Assembly (NCBI GenBank): GCA_947646095.1
Contig: CANSFI010000004.1
Coordinates: 2,788 to 66,787, forward strand
DNA from: an uncultured Mycoplasmatota bacterium
GTDB taxonomy: Bacteria; Bacillota_I; Bacilli_A; RF39; UBA660
Reading direction: 5' to 3'
Length of the DNA stretch: 64,000 nucleotides
Of the stretch, positions 29,440-40,842 are shown one piece after another (positions within the stretch are counted from its first letter, which is position 1; each line of letters opens with the position of its first letter). The notes under the pieces were generated by a model that did no database searches, had not been told where the DNA came from, and saw only the letters and a list, made by a program, of their open reading frames with translations. Position numbers and translations under genes: made by a program.

Positions 29440-29665
29440 AAAAAAAGTTATTATAATATAAGGACGAAAACTCGCGGTACCACCTTATTTCATAATAACT
29501 TATGCTCTTTATAACTTTAACGCAGTTAACGTTTTGATTCAAAATTTGTATTTTATTATTTAAACTTGATTAGTTTTCATCACCACTAATTTTCTGATTA
29601 CTATTTAAATAACTACTTTTAATTTATCACTATCAAATTATAAATTAAATATATCATAAAGTTCT
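29440..29665 (-). promoter_or_regulatory. T-box leader (probable Tyr specifier) upstream of deoC-tyrS
   Basis: Minus strand reads AAATAAGGTGGTACCGCGAG (plus 29474-29485 cgcggtaccacc), the conserved T-box sequence. Upstream stem-I-like region contains AGTGGTG and a candidate UAC-A specifier in AAAUACAAA. Confidence 0.75.
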
Positions 29666-29676
29666 AATTTAGTCAA

Positions 29677-30018
29677 TTAGTCTCCATCATGTATTTGTTC
29701 AATTATATTTTCTATTTTTTTGCCATAAGCAATTGATTCATCATAGACAAACTCTAATTCTGGAATATGTCTAATATCTATTCTGTCAGCTAACTCTTTT
29801 CTTATAAAGCCACTAGCATTTTTTAAAGCAATTAATGTATCTTTTTTTCTATTTTCGTCTAAAACTGTAAAATAAATTTTAGCAAAAGACAAATCATTAG
29901 TTACTTTAGCATCTGTAATAGTTACAAATCTAATATCACTATCTTTAACTTCATTAGCAATTATATAACTTACTTCTTTAACTATATTTGATGCTATTCT
30001 ATCTATTTTTATACTCAT
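29677..30018 (-). CDS. rbfA: Ribosome-binding factor A
   Basis: 113 aa. R..R....I.KE...I N-terminus and IPEL.F motif. Position after infB. Confidence 0.9.
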   Translation of the reverse strand: MSIKIDRIASNIVKEVSYIIANEVKDSDIRFVTITDAKVTNDLSFAKIYFTVLDENRKKDTLIALKNASGFIRKELADRIDIRHIPELEFVYDESIAYGKKIENIIEQIHDGD

Positions 30019-30022
30019 AGTA

Positions 30023-32113
30023 TCACCTTTTTATTTCAACCATTTCATAAGCTTCAATAATATCGCCTTGTTTTATATCAGAATAATTTTCCATGGTAAT
30101 ACCACATTCTAAGCCTTTTTTAACTTCTTTTACAGCATCTTTTCCACGTTGTAATGAATTAATATTACCATCATATATTACTACGCCATCACGTATAATA
30201 CGAGCTTTAGCATCTCTTTTAATTATGCCATCTATTATATAAGAACCAGCAATAGTTCCAACTTTTGAAAATTTAAATAACTCTCTAACTTCTGCACTAC
30301 CTATTACTTTCTCTTCATATTCAGGGTCTAACATACCTTTCATAGCTGCTTCCATTTCTTCTACTGCTTTATAGATAATATCATAAAGTCTAATTTCAAC
30401 TCCACTTTCTTTAGCATAATCTTTAATACTATTGTTAGGTCTTACATTAAATCCAATTAAAACAGCATTTGAAGCTTTTGCTAAAACAATATCACCTTCA
30501 GTAATAGCCCCAACACTACTTCTTATAACTTTTACTTTTACTCCTTCAACATCAATTTTTTCTAAAGAATTTTTAACTGCTTCACTAGAACCATTAACAT
30601 CGGCTTTAATTATAACATTTATTTCTTTAACACCTTCTTGAATTTTAGAGAAAAGTTCATCTAAACTTACTGATTGTTTTGGAGCATTTTCTTTTATTTT
30701 AGCTTGAATTTTACGTTGTTCGGCTATATTTCTTGCTTGTTTTTCAGATTCAAATGACATAAATCTATCTCCAGAAGATGGTGTCTCGTTTAAACCTGTA
30801 ATTTCAACTGGCATTGAAGGTTGTGCTTGAGTTATTTCTTCTCCTTTGTCATTTTTTAAAGTTCTAACTTTACCATATGCGTGTCCTACAACAATTGGAT
30901 CCCCTAAACGTAGAGTTCCATTTTGAATAAGAACTGTAACGATTGGTCCTAAGTGTTTATCAAGTCTTGATTCAATTACTGTTCCTGTAGCATATCTATT
31001 AGGGTTTGCTTTATATTCTTGCATTTCAGCTACTAATAAGATATTTTCAAGTAGTTCGTCAATACCAGTTCCTACTTTAGCTGAGATATTAGTATAGATT
31101 GTATCGCCACCCCAACTATCTGGCATTAGTCCATATTCAGTAAGTTCTTGAGTAACCTTTTCTGGGTTAGCATCTGGTTTATCTATTTTATTGATTGCTA
31201 CTAAAATTGGAACGTTAGCTGCTTTAGCATGATCAATAGCTTCTTTAGTTTGGGGCATTACTCCATCTTCTGCTGATACAATAATAATAACTATATCTGT
31301 TATATTAGCACCTCTAGCACGCATTTCTGTGAAAGCTGCATGTCCAGGAGTATCGATGAATGTTATAGTTTTACCATTATAATTAACTTGGTAAGCACTA
31401 ATTGTTTGAGTTATTCCTCCAGCTTCTTTACCTGCTACATCAGTTTTTCTAATAGTATCAAGTAAAGTTGTTTTTCCATGATCAACGTGTCCCATAATAG
31501 TTACAACTGCTGGTCTAGTTTTTAGATCTTCTTCATTATCAATTATTTCAAATTCTTCAAAATTTGTTACATCCGCTGTTTCTTCTCTTTTTAATTCTTT
31601 ATTATAGTCTAATACTAGAATTTCAGCATTTTCAAAAGTAATGCTATTATTTATAGTAGCCATAACTCCTAATGAGAATAATTTTTTAATTAATTCTCCA
31701 CTATTTATATTAAGAGCTTTAGAAAGTTCTGCTATAGTCATATTTTCTTTATATAGAATAATATTTTCATTATTAGTTGGAGTATTAGAAATTAATTTTT
31801 CTTTATTTTTATACATTGCCTTTTTCTTATTAGCAAAATCTTTTTTAGTTTTAACATTATCAACTTTCTTTTTTAATTTTTGTTTATTGATAACATTATC
31901 ATTATTTACTTTTTTATTATCAACCACTACTTCTATTGATTCAATATCTTCATCTATTTCATCATTTTGAAAAGCATTATCTAATTCTGTTATTGCTTCT
32001 TCATCTAACAAATCTTCACTATCATTAACCTTAATGCCTAAATTTTCACACATTTTCATTACTTCATCTGTTGTTTTATTTATATCAATTGCATATTCAT
32101 TTACACTCATCAT
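30023..32113 (-). CDS. infB: Translation initiation factor IF-2
   Basis: Motifs [20 protein letters not shown] and NKIDK. Confidence 0.97.
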   Translation of the reverse strand: MMSVNEYAIDINKTTDEVMKMCENLGIKVNDSEDLLDEEAITELDNAFQNDEIDEDIESIEVVVDNKKVNNDNVINKQKLKKKVDNVKTKKDFANKKKAMYKNKEKLISNTPTNNENIILYKENMTIAELSKALNINSGELIKKLFSLGVMATINNSITFENAEILVLDYNKELKREETADVTNFEEFEIIDNEEDLKTRPAVVTIMGHVDHGKTTLLDTIRKTDVAGKEAGGITQTISAYQVNYNGKTITFIDTPGHAAFTEMRARGANITDIVIIIVSAEDGVMPQTKEAIDHAKAANVPILVAINKIDKPDANPEKVTQELTEYGLMPDSWGGDTIYTNISAKVGTGIDELLENILLVAEMQEYKANPNRYATGTVIESRLDKHLGPIVTVLIQNGTLRLGDPIVVGHAYGKVRTLKNDKGEEITQAQPSMPVEITGLNETPSSGDRFMSFESEKQARNIAEQRKIQAKIKENAPKQSVSLDELFSKIQEGVKEINVIIKADVNGSSEAVKNSLEKIDVEGVKVKVIRSSVGAITEGDIVLAKASNAVLIGFNVRPNNSIKDYAKESGVEIRLYDIIYKAVEEMEAAMKGMLDPEYEEKVIGSAEVRELFKFSKVGTIAGSYIIDGIIKRDAKARIIRDGVVIYDGNINSLQRGKDAVKEVKKGLECGITMENYSDIKQGDIIEAYEMVEIKR

Positions 32114-32131
32114 AAATAAGCACCTCCTACT

Positions 32132-32383
32132 TTATATTAAATTTTTTAATTCATCAAATATACTATTATCTACTTCTACTTCTAAATGTCTATTTAATAT
32201 TTTTGATTTTCTAGCTTTCTCAAACACTTCTAAATCTTTTTTTAGATAAGCTCCTCTTCCATTAGCTTTACCATTTAAATCAATTATGACATTTCCATCA
32301 GGGGTTCTAACAACACGTATCAATTCATATTTAGGTAATTTTTCTTTTGTTACTACACAACTACGCATAGGTATCTTTTTCAT
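32132..32383 (-). CDS. ylxR: YlxR/RnpM family (DUF448) RNA-binding protein
   Basis: MRSCVVTKE...GRGAY motif. Position between nusA and infB. Confidence 0.85.
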   Translation of the reverse strand: MKKIPMRSCVVTKEKLPKYELIRVVRTPDGNVIIDLNGKANGRGAYLKKDLEVFEKARKSKILNRHLEVEVDNSIFDELKNLI

Positions 32384-32390
32384 GATTCAC

Positions 32391-33464
32391 CTACTTTACT
32401 ATATTTATTCCCTCATTTGAAGCTTGTTCATAGGTTTTAACATCTAATTTAAAACGAGTTAAACGGCTTGCTAAACGGACATTTAAGCCTTTTTTTCCAA
32501 TAGCAAGTGATAAGTTTTCATCATCAACTACTACTAGAGCTTCTCTTTTTTTATCATCTGTTATAAATACACTTAAATTTTTAGCAGGACTTAAAGCATT
32601 TTCGATAAATTTAGAAGCATCTTTATCATAAGGAATAATATCTATTTTTTCATTGCCCAATTCTTTTAATATATTAGCAATTCTCATACCTTTTTCTCCA
32701 ATACAAGCTCCAACTGCATCAATGTTAGGATTTTCTGAAGCAACTGCTATTTTTGTTCTGACTCCTGTTTCTCTAGCAACACCATATACTAAAACTATTC
32801 CCTCATTAATTTCTGGTATTTCCAATTCAAATAATCTTTTTACAAAACCATAGTGATTTCTAGAAAGTAAAATTAATGGTCCTTTAGAGTTATTTTCTAC
32901 TTTAGTTATATAAACTTTTATTGTTGAACCCATTTTAATTTCTTCTTTAGGAATTATTTCTGTTTTAGGTAAAATACCTTGAGTTCTTCCTAAATTGATG
33001 TAATAATTGCGAACATCTTCCATTTCAACTGTTCCTACAACCATCTCATTTTCTTTTTCAGCAAATTCATCAATGATAATATTACGTTCTGCTTCACGTA
33101 TTTTTTGAATAACTACTTGTTTGGCTGTAGCTGCTGCTACTCTTCCAAAGTCTTTTACTTCTACTTCTTCTTCGATAGTTTCTCCAACATTTATATTTGG
33201 AACTATTAATCTAGCATCCTCAAGTAATATTTGTGTACTTGGATCATTGTTTTCTGAATCTATTTCTTCAACTACATTTTGATATGAACAAACCCTAATA
33301 TCACCTGTTGCTTTATCAATATTAACATGAACATTAGGTTTGTTATAATTCTTTTTATATGCACTAGTTAAAGCAAGTTCCATGGCTTCAAATATAACTT
33401 CTTTATCAATACCTTTTTCTTTTACCATTAAATCAATTGCATTTAAAAATTCTTTTGTGTTCAT
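32391..33464 (-). CDS. nusA: Transcription termination/antitermination factor NusA
   Basis: N-terminal domain, S1 and two KH regions (GACIGEKGMR, AIGKKGLNVR). Start taken at MNTKEFLNAI. Confidence 0.95.
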   Translation of the reverse strand: MNTKEFLNAIDLMVKEKGIDKEVIFEAMELALTSAYKKNYNKPNVHVNIDKATGDIRVCSYQNVVEEIDSENNDPSTQILLEDARLIVPNINVGETIEEEVEVKDFGRVAAATAKQVVIQKIREAERNIIIDEFAEKENEMVVGTVEMEDVRNYYINLGRTQGILPKTEIIPKEEIKMGSTIKVYITKVENNSKGPLILLSRNHYGFVKRLFELEIPEINEGIVLVYGVARETGVRTKIAVASENPNIDAVGACIGEKGMRIANILKELGNEKIDIIPYDKDASKFIENALSPAKNLSVFITDDKKREALVVVDDENLSLAIGKKGLNVRLASRLTRFKLDVKTYEQASNEGINIVK

Positions 33465-33465
33465 T

Positions 33466-33720
33466 TTATAAACTTCCTTTCTCTTTTGAACAAACATCTA
33501 ATATATAACTTTCACTAATAGGGTCTTTTGCATCTATTATTGGTTCAATTAATTTAAAAACTTTTACACAGTCATCAATATCAATAACTCCTTTTTTATC
33601 AATAATAACTCTAAGAAATTTAGTATTTCCTTCTTGTACATACATTAAATCATCTAATATGTAGTTATTTTCATTGATAATGGGTTCAATTATTATTCTT
33701 ACTTCTTCTACTATATTCAT
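33466..33720 (-). CDS. rimP: Short RimP (N-terminal domain only)
   Basis: 84 aa from MNIVEEV, with a GGAGGA RBS. RimP-like YILDV..S motif near the end. Stop lies 1 nt before the nusA start, so there is no room for the usual C-terminal domain. Confidence 0.65.
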   Translation of the reverse strand: MNIVEEVRIIIEPIINENNYILDDLMYVQEGNTKFLRVIIDKKGVIDIDDCVKVFKLIEPIIDAKDPISESYILDVCSKEKGSL

Positions 33721-33839
33721 AAATCCTCCATAAATTAAAGAGTGGAAAATTCCACTCTTCATGCACCTATGTATTAATTATATCATATTTTTATTAAAAG
33801 TTGTCAATAAATTAATATTTTTTTAATAAAAAAACCAAA

Positions 33840-35825
33840 TTATTTATCTAGTTCTTTTATTAGTTCTTCTTTATTCATTTTAGAATAACCTTTTATATTT
33901 TTTTCTTTAGCTAAATCTTTAAGTTCTGTTAAAGTTAAATCTTCTAAAGATAATTCTTTAAAATCGCTTTCATCTTTTTCTTCATCTTCATCAGGCATAC
34001 AACCGTGTTCTACTAAATATTCTATTTGTTCTTTTGTAATTGTTTCATATTCTAGTAAAGTATTAGCTATTAAATCAAGTAAATCTTTATTTTCACTTAA
34101 TATTTTTTTAGTCACTTCATATTGTTCATGAATTATTTTTCTTACTTGTTCATCTATTTCATTAGCAACTTGAATAGAGAAGTTTTGACTTTTATTATAA
34201 TCTCTTCCTAAGAATACACTTGATTCTTGATGTTCAAATTGAACAGGACCTAATTCACTCATTCCATATTCAGTTACCATAGCACGAGCTATTTTTGTAG
34301 CTTTTTCAAAATCGTTATGAGCCCCAGTAGTTATCTCATTAAATACTAGTTCTTCTGATACACGTCCTCCAAGTAAGCCACTGATTGTTTCAAGTAATTC
34401 TTTTTTAGTTGAAAGATAAGTTTCTTCTTTTGGAAGCATTAAGTTGTATCCACCTGCTGCTCCACGAGGAACTATTGTTATTTTTTGAACATCGTTAGCA
34501 CCTTCTAATTTGATACCTACTACAGCATGACCTGCTTCATGATAAGCAACAACTTTCTTTTCTTTTTCAGTATATTTGTGACTTTTTTTAGCTGGTCCCA
34601 TAAGTACTCTATCATGGGCTTCATCTATTTCAGCCATAGTAATAGCTTCTTTATTTCTTCTTACTGTAAGTAGTGCTGCTTCATTAAGTAAATTTTCTAA
34701 ATCTGCTCCACTAAATCCAACTGTTCTTTTAGCTATATTAGAAAGTTTAACACCTTTAACAAAGGTTTTTCCTTTAGCATGAACTTCTAATATTTCTTCT
34801 CTTCCTTTAACATCAGGTAGATTAACTGTTACTTGTCTATCAAATCTCCCTGGTCTAAGTAATGCTGGATCTAATACATCAGGACGATTAGTTGCTGCTA
34901 TAATAATAATTCCTTCATTAGCTCCAAATCCATCCATTTCAGTTAATAATTGATTTAAAGTTTGTTCTCTTTCATCATGTCCTCCACCAATACCTGATCC
35001 ACGTTGACGTCCAACTGCATCTATTTCATCAATAAAGATTAAACAAGGAGCTGTTTGTTTAGCTTGTTTAAACATGTCTCTAACACGACTGGCACCTACA
35101 CCTACAAATAGTTCAACAAATTCTGAACCACTTATATAGTAAAATGGCACATTTGCTTCACCAGCTACTGATCTTGCAAGTAAAGTTTTACCTGTTCCTG
35201 GAGGGCCTACTAGTAAAACTCCTTTTGGAATTCTAGCTCCCAATTTTTGAAATTTAGCAGGACTTTTTAAGAAATCAATAAGTTCTGATACCTCTTCTTT
35301 TTCTTCAGTAAGTCCAGCAACATCTTTAAATGTTACTTTTTTATTACCACTGCTAAGACGAGCTCTACTTCTTCCAAAATCCATTGATTTATTAGCTCCG
35401 CCCATTTGTTTCATTATAAAATAAAGGGCAATTCCAGCCATAATAAGGATTGGAAGTACATTGAATAGAAATAATTTAAACATACTTGAATCAGGATCAT
35501 TTATTGTTTTTAATTTAAATTTATATATTTCCTGACTATCAAGTATTTTAGCCATTATTTCCTCTGATAATGGAACTTTTAGAGAAAATATTTCATTTTC
35601 GTTATAATTTTTCATTTTTCCCTTTAGTTCATATACACTAGCACCACTTCTAGGTATAATTGTTAATTCAGTTACTTCACCTTTGTTTAAAGATTTCATA
35701 AACTTATCATAATTAAGTTTATTTGTTTTTTGATTTAAAGTGTCCATAAGAATTATTGTTCCTATAAAAAATAGAAGTAAAGTTAAATAGGGTAATAATC
35801 CTTTTTTCACAGCATTTTTATTCAT
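33840..35825 (-). CDS. ftsH: ATP-dependent zinc metalloprotease FtsH with C-terminal Rho_N/SAP-like tail
   Basis: Motifs GPPGTGKT and HEAGHA. C-terminal tail [30 protein letters not shown]. Confidence 0.95.
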   Translation of the reverse strand: MNKNAVKKGLLPYLTLLLFFIGTIILMDTLNQKTNKLNYDKFMKSLNKGEVTELTIIPRSGASVYELKGKMKNYNENEIFSLKVPLSEEIMAKILDSQEIYKFKLKTINDPDSSMFKLFLFNVLPILIMAGIALYFIMKQMGGANKSMDFGRSRARLSSGNKKVTFKDVAGLTEEKEEVSELIDFLKSPAKFQKLGARIPKGVLLVGPPGTGKTLLARSVAGEANVPFYYISGSEFVELFVGVGASRVRDMFKQAKQTAPCLIFIDEIDAVGRQRGSGIGGGHDEREQTLNQLLTEMDGFGANEGIIIIAATNRPDVLDPALLRPGRFDRQVTVNLPDVKGREEILEVHAKGKTFVKGVKLSNIAKRTVGFSGADLENLLNEAALLTVRRNKEAITMAEIDEAHDRVLMGPAKKSHKYTEKEKKVVAYHEAGHAVVGIKLEGANDVQKITIVPRGAAGGYNLMLPKEETYLSTKKELLETISGLLGGRVSEELVFNEITTGAHNDFEKATKIARAMVTEYGMSELGPVQFEHQESSVFLGRDYNKSQNFSIQVANEIDEQVRKIIHEQYEVTKKILSENKDLLDLIANTLLEYETITKEQIEYLVEHGCMPDEDEEKDESDFKELSLEDLTLTELKDLAKEKNIKGYSKMNKEELIKELDK

Positions 35826-35839
35826 TGCTTTTTTCCTCC

Positions 35840-37168
35840 TTAATAATACTTAAGTATTATATCATACTTTTCACTTTTTGTTTTATCAAATTTCGATTTT
35901 TTAAGTCCTGGTAGCCAAACTATATCTTCATTACTGTCTACTACAACTGGCCATAGTTCCCTATCTTGAGTAGATATTTTACTATCAATAAATATATCGT
36001 TAATTTTTTTTCTACCTGCCATTCCTAAAACATACATTTTATCTCCATCTTTTCTTGTACGAACATGAAGAGGTAATTTTACTTCATTACTGTCTAAATA
36101 ACATATAAAATTATTTGTTTCATCACTTTCTTCTAGTACTTCAATATTTTTTCCATTAGGTAAATTAACAAATTTAATTATTTCTATTTCATATTCGTAA
36201 TTTGTCATTGGTGTGGGAATTAATACTAAATTGTTATATGTTTTTATAGCTTGTATATTATTAGGTAAATGTATTAAAGCATTTGCTCTTTTTGAATGAA
36301 TTAATTCATACAATATTTCAGCATGCCTATCAGTTATTAGCATTAAATAATCTTGGTAAATATGTTCTAAAATATAAAATATTATTTTCATTTGAATAAT
36401 ATGATCTTCTTGTTTAAATTTTTCAATATTTAAAATATTATCAGGATATATTTCTTTTATTTTATTACTTACTAAATTATCTATATAATCATTATACTCT
36501 AATAATATCTTACTAAATTTATAAAATTTTTGATGAACATTTTTGTCTTCTTTTTTAAATTCAGGAACTATATATTTACGAAAACGATTTCTTGTATAAA
36601 CATCTTTATTATTAGATGAATCTTCTTTATAAGGTACATTATTAGTTTGACAATAATTAACTATTTCTTGTTTAGTTATATCTATAAGGGGTCTTACTAT
36701 TTTATAGTTATCCATCTGTACTATTTTAGAAAATCCACTATATCCTTTTAATGTAGAACCTCTAACTATACGCATTAAAATAGTTTCAATTAAATCGTCA
36801 CCATGATGAGCAGTGAATAAGTATTTAGCATGATATTTTTTTACTATTTCATTAAAAAAATTATATCTTTTTGTGTGAGCTTCACTATGAAAATTATCAT
36901 CTCCATAATCTTCAATAGTCATTGTTTCAAATGTAACTTGATTATCTTTACAATAGCTTTCTACAAATTTCTGTTCTTCTGTTTGTCCCATTCTTCCAGT
37001 GTTATGGTTAACGTGTACACAAATAATTTCTATTTCTATATTTTTTCTTATCTTTAAAAGTATATCTAGTAATGACATAGAATCTGGTCCACCAGATACT
37101 GCTACTACTAGAAAATCTCCATATTTAATTTTTAAATCATTAACTAAAAAATTGTATGCATCTAACAT
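35840..37168 (-). CDS. tilS: tRNA(Ile)-lysidine synthase
   Basis: PP-loop SGGPDS. Start taken at MLDAYNF after AAGGTGG. Confidence 0.85.
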   Translation of the reverse strand: MLDAYNFLVNDLKIKYGDFLVVAVSGGPDSMSLLDILLKIRKNIEIEIICVHVNHNTGRMGQTEEQKFVESYCKDNQVTFETMTIEDYGDDNFHSEAHTKRYNFFNEIVKKYHAKYLFTAHHGDDLIETILMRIVRGSTLKGYSGFSKIVQMDNYKIVRPLIDITKQEIVNYCQTNNVPYKEDSSNNKDVYTRNRFRKYIVPEFKKEDKNVHQKFYKFSKILLEYNDYIDNLVSNKIKEIYPDNILNIEKFKQEDHIIQMKIIFYILEHIYQDYLMLITDRHAEILYELIHSKRANALIHLPNNIQAIKTYNNLVLIPTPMTNYEYEIEIIKFVNLPNGKNIEVLEESDETNNFICYLDSNEVKLPLHVRTRKDGDKMYVLGMAGRKKINDIFIDSKISTQDRELWPVVVDSNEDIVWLPGLKKSKFDKTKSEKYDIILKYY

Positions 37169-37176
37169 AAATTCAA

Positions 37177-37827
37177 CTACCACCTTATTTTTTCAATATT
37201 ATTCTTTTCTAAAAAATTATTAATTTTAGAAAATGGTTTACTTCCAAAAAAGCCTCTATGAGCGGATAATGGAGAGGGATGTACTGATTCTAGTATCAAA
37301 TGTTTTTTATTAGTTATTAGTACTTTTTTACTTCTAGCGTAACTTCCCCATAATACAAATACAATTGGTTTTTCCCTTTCATTTAGTTTAGATATAACAG
37401 CATCTGTAAATGTTTCCCAGCCTTTATCTTTATGTGATAATGGTCTATCTTTTATAACACTCATAATAGAATTCAATAAAAATACTCCTTGTTTTGACCA
37501 ATCTGTTAAATCATTACCTTCTTTTTTAATTCCTAAATCACTTTCTAATTCTTTTAAAATATTTTGAAGTGAAGGAGGTCTATGTACATCATCATGTACA
37601 GAAAAAGAAAGGCCATGAGCCTCTTTATCTCCATGATATGGATCTTGTCCCAATATTACTACTTTTACATCATCATAATCTGTATATCTGAAAGCATTAA
37701 AAATATCAGCATATGCTGGATAACATATTTTATTTTTATATTCATTTTTAACAAATATACCTAATTCTTTAAAATACGGTTTCTTAACTTCATCTTCTAA
37801 TATTATATCCCATTTTTTATTTATCAT
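37177..37827 (-). CDS. ung: Uracil-DNA glycosylase
   Basis: Motifs GQDPYH and HPSPLS. Confidence 0.93.
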   Translation of the reverse strand: MINKKWDIILEDEVKKPYFKELGIFVKNEYKNKICYPAYADIFNAFRYTDYDDVKVVILGQDPYHGDKEAHGLSFSVHDDVHRPPSLQNILKELESDLGIKKEGNDLTDWSKQGVFLLNSIMSVIKDRPLSHKDKGWETFTDAVISKLNEREKPIVFVLWGSYARSKKVLITNKKHLILESVHPSPLSAHRGFFGSKPFSKINNFLEKNNIEKIRW

Positions 37828-37936
37828 AAAATCACAACCTTATAAATATTTTATCAAATACTTATAATTATTTCTACTAAAATAATAAATTTTATCAAAA
37901 GAAAATATATATATAATTATTTAAATTATAATAGTT

Positions 37937-39238
37937 TTATTTATTTTTTCTATAAATATCTAATTCATAAAAAATATCATCTTTTAATTTAAATAAAGTA
38001 TATATATTAATTAGAGCTAGAAAAGCTACTAGTATATCAACTAAAGACCAAAGAATGGTTGATGATAAAATACAACCTAAAAATAAAACTAAAAGTGATA
38101 TTATTTTAAGGATGTTTAAATGATATGGTTTTATTTTTTTTAAAAAATATTTTAAACTTGATTCACCATCATAATAACCTGTTAGGATTGTTGTAAATGA
38201 AAATAATAAAACTGATATAAATAATAATAAATTACCAAAGCTTCCTAAATGATATTTAAATGCATAACTAGTTATTTCTATTCCATTAACATCATTTAAA
38301 ACTAATTCTTTATAGTTTGTAGTCATTACTATTAGTGCTGTTGATGTGCAAATAAGTAGTGTTGTTATATAGATGCCAAGCATTTGAATATATCCTTGAG
38401 AAGTTGGACTATCAGTTGATGCTGTAGAAGAGGTTATGCTTCCTGTACCTAGACCTGCTTCATTTGAAAATATTCCTCTTTGTATTCCAATTATTAAGGA
38501 ATATAGAAATCCACCATATATTGATTTTAATGAAAATGCTGATATGATTATTTCTTTAAAAATATTAGGTAATAAGTTTATATTTTTTAAACTTATAAAT
38601 ATAGCGATACCTACATATAAAAGGGTCATAAATGGTACTAATTTAGATGAAAAAGAAGCAATTTTTTTAAGTCCTCCATAGATAATAAGTGAAGTTACTA
38701 ATACTAATATTACCCCAATAATAAATGGTGGTATATTAACTAAATCTATTACTGATTTTGTAATAGTATTGCCTTGTATCCCAACGAATCCTCCTACATA
38801 GCTAACCAATATTAAAATAGCATATATTCCACCTAATATTGGTTTATTTAATCCATATTTTATATAATATGGAGGCCCACCCTTATAATCACTTCCATCT
38901 TTTTTTCTATAAATAATACCTAGTACAGTTTCTGAGAATGTATTAGAAGCTGATAGAAAAACACTAACCCACATCCAAAAAATACTTCCTGGTCCACCTA
39001 TATAAAGAGCAAGCGAAACACCTGCTATACTTCCTACTCCAATACGTGAACCTAAAGTCATTAAAAAACTTTGAATTGGAGTTATTCCACAATTTTTGTT
39101 ATTTCTTTTTAGTAAATTTTTAAACATCTCTTTAAAATTAAATTGAACTGCTTCTAGTTTAATTGTAAAATAAATTCCAGATATAAAAATAAGAGCTGTA
39201 GCGACAGCCCATACTATTTTGTTTAATATTTCAAGCAT
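37937..39238 (-). CDS. Alanine/glycine:cation symporter (AGCS) family transporter
   Basis: About 11 TM helices. The AGCS-like N-terminus and length are recognised by family resemblance only. Confidence 0.75.
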   Translation of the reverse strand: MLEILNKIVWAVATALIFISGIYFTIKLEAVQFNFKEMFKNLLKRNNKNCGITPIQSFLMTLGSRIGVGSIAGVSLALYIGGPGSIFWMWVSVFLSASNTFSETVLGIIYRKKDGSDYKGGPPYYIKYGLNKPILGGIYAILILVSYVGGFVGIQGNTITKSVIDLVNIPPFIIGVILVLVTSLIIYGGLKKIASFSSKLVPFMTLLYVGIAIFISLKNINLLPNIFKEIIISAFSLKSIYGGFLYSLIIGIQRGIFSNEAGLGTGSITSSTASTDSPTSQGYIQMLGIYITTLLICTSTALIVMTTNYKELVLNDVNGIEITSYAFKYHLGSFGNLLLFISVLLFSFTTILTGYYDGESSLKYFLKKIKPYHLNILKIISLLVLFLGCILSSTILWSLVDILVAFLALINIYTLFKLKDDIFYELDIYRKNK

Positions 39239-39273
39239 TCTATCACCAATAATATTTTATTATATATTGATGT

Positions 39274-40119
39274 CTAGATATGTCTATATTTATTTAGATT
39301 ATTTGAAATTTCTACAAATATTTCTAAAGATATTTGTTCTGCTCTTATAGTTAAATCCATATTATATTTTTTTAAAACTTCTTCTATTTTACCTAAATTA
39401 TAATCTTTTAAGTTATTTCTTAAAGTTTTTCTTTTTTGTTTAAAACTATCTCTTATTAATTTAAAAAATAGTTCTTTATTTTCTAAATATAATTTACTTT
39501 TATTTTTCTTAAATTCTACTACTATACTATCAACTTTAGGCTTTGGAATAAAAACGTTTTTACTAATATCCATAAGTTTCGATACTTTAAAATAATATTT
39601 TAAGAAAATTGATAAAGAACTGTAATCCTTGCTTCCTGATTCTGCTTTAAAACGATTTCCTACTTCTTTTTGAACCATTACAACTATCTTATCAACATCG
39701 ATATTATCCTCAATTAATTTCATAATAATAGGGGTTGTTATATAATAAGGAAGATTAGCAACTACATATAGTTTTTCATATGAGTATCTTTTTAAATCCT
39801 CTTTTACATTTGATTTTAAAAAGTCTTGATACTTTATTTCGTAATTATCATAGTCTTTTAAGTTTTCTGATAATATTTCTTTTAAAGTTGTATCTATTTC
39901 ATAACACAATACATATTTTGCTTTTTCACAAAGTTTGTATGTAAGTGAACCTGCACCAGGTCCAACTTCTAAGACTAAAGTGTTTCTATCTATTTCAGAT
40001 TTTTTTACTATACTATTTATTATATTTTCGTCGATAATAAAATTTTGTCCAAAATTTTTTTTAAAATTAAAATTTTTATTATTTAAATTCTTTTGCATTT
40101 TTATAGGTGAATATTCCAT
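39274..40119 (-). CDS. rsmA: 16S rRNA (adenine1518/1519-N6)-dimethyltransferase
   Basis: Motifs FGQNF, VLEVGPGAGSLT and NLPYYITTPI. Confidence 0.9.
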   Translation of the reverse strand: MEYSPIKMQKNLNNKNFNFKKNFGQNFIIDENIINSIVKKSEIDRNTLVLEVGPGAGSLTYKLCEKAKYVLCYEIDTTLKEILSENLKDYDNYEIKYQDFLKSNVKEDLKRYSYEKLYVVANLPYYITTPIIMKLIEDNIDVDKIVVMVQKEVGNRFKAESGSKDYSSLSIFLKYYFKVSKLMDISKNVFIPKPKVDSIVVEFKKNKSKLYLENKELFFKLIRDSFKQKRKTLRNNLKDYNLGKIEEVLKKYNMDLTIRAEQISLEIFVEISNNLNKYRHI

Positions 40120-40232
40120 TTAACCACTCCAATTAATCTATATTTATAGTATATCATTATTCTTTTAAGTTAGATATAACTTTTTATTATTTTATAAATT
40201 TTTAAACATATTATATATTAGAGTGATACTTT

Positions 40233-40580
40233 ATGAAATTAATTCCTAATATTAATGCTGAAGCTTTTACAACTAGTGCTTTTCTTATTGGTTTACTGCT
40301 TGCTGATGATTCAACACCTGCTGAACAAAATGCATTAGGTGGTTGGTTTATGCTAATAGGACAGACTTTATCAACTAATTCTGGACAACAACAACTAATT
40401 AATAATAGAAATAACACATCTAATGGTTCTAATGAACATACCGTAAATAGTAACATTAATAAAGAGGGCATAAATTCTAATAATGAATTCAATCAAAATG
40501 ATGTTAATGAACAAATCAATATGATTAATAAAGTAATTGATGCTATGCAAAAGGAAATAGATAATTTAAAAAATTCTTAA
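40233..40580 (+). CDS. Hypothetical protein (hydrophobic N-terminal part, Q/N-rich middle, coiled-coil end)
   Basis: Followed by terminator attcttaa-taaa-ttaagaat plus a T run. Preferred over the antisense ORF 40211..40492. Confidence 0.4.
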   Translation: MKLIPNINAEAFTTSAFLIGLLLADDSTPAEQNALGGWFMLIGQTLSTNSGQQQLINNRNNTSNGSNEHTVNSNINKEGINSNNEFNQNDVNEQINMINKVIDAMQKEIDNLKNS

Positions 40581-40842
40581 TAAATTAAGAATTTTTGTTT
40601 AATTTTATTACATTTCTTAATCACAATAATAAAATTGCATAATGAATAATTGCAAGCATTATGATTTACAAATATAAAAATTTGAGTAGAAAAAATTAAT
40701 TGTTTTTGTAACAAATTGCTAATAAATATGAATTTATGCGTTATTATTTAAATAAGTATTAGTCACTAAATATATTAATATAATTATATAACTGCTTTTA
40801 ACTTTTTTAACCTAATTTATTATTTAAAAATTATAATAAGTA

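Noticed and set aside
40211-40492. 93-aa minus-strand ORF overlapping 40233..40580.
   Set aside because: It is Cys/Leu-rich with no RBS. The plus-strand ORF has a terminator directly after its stop, so the plus-strand ORF was preferred, though with low confidence.
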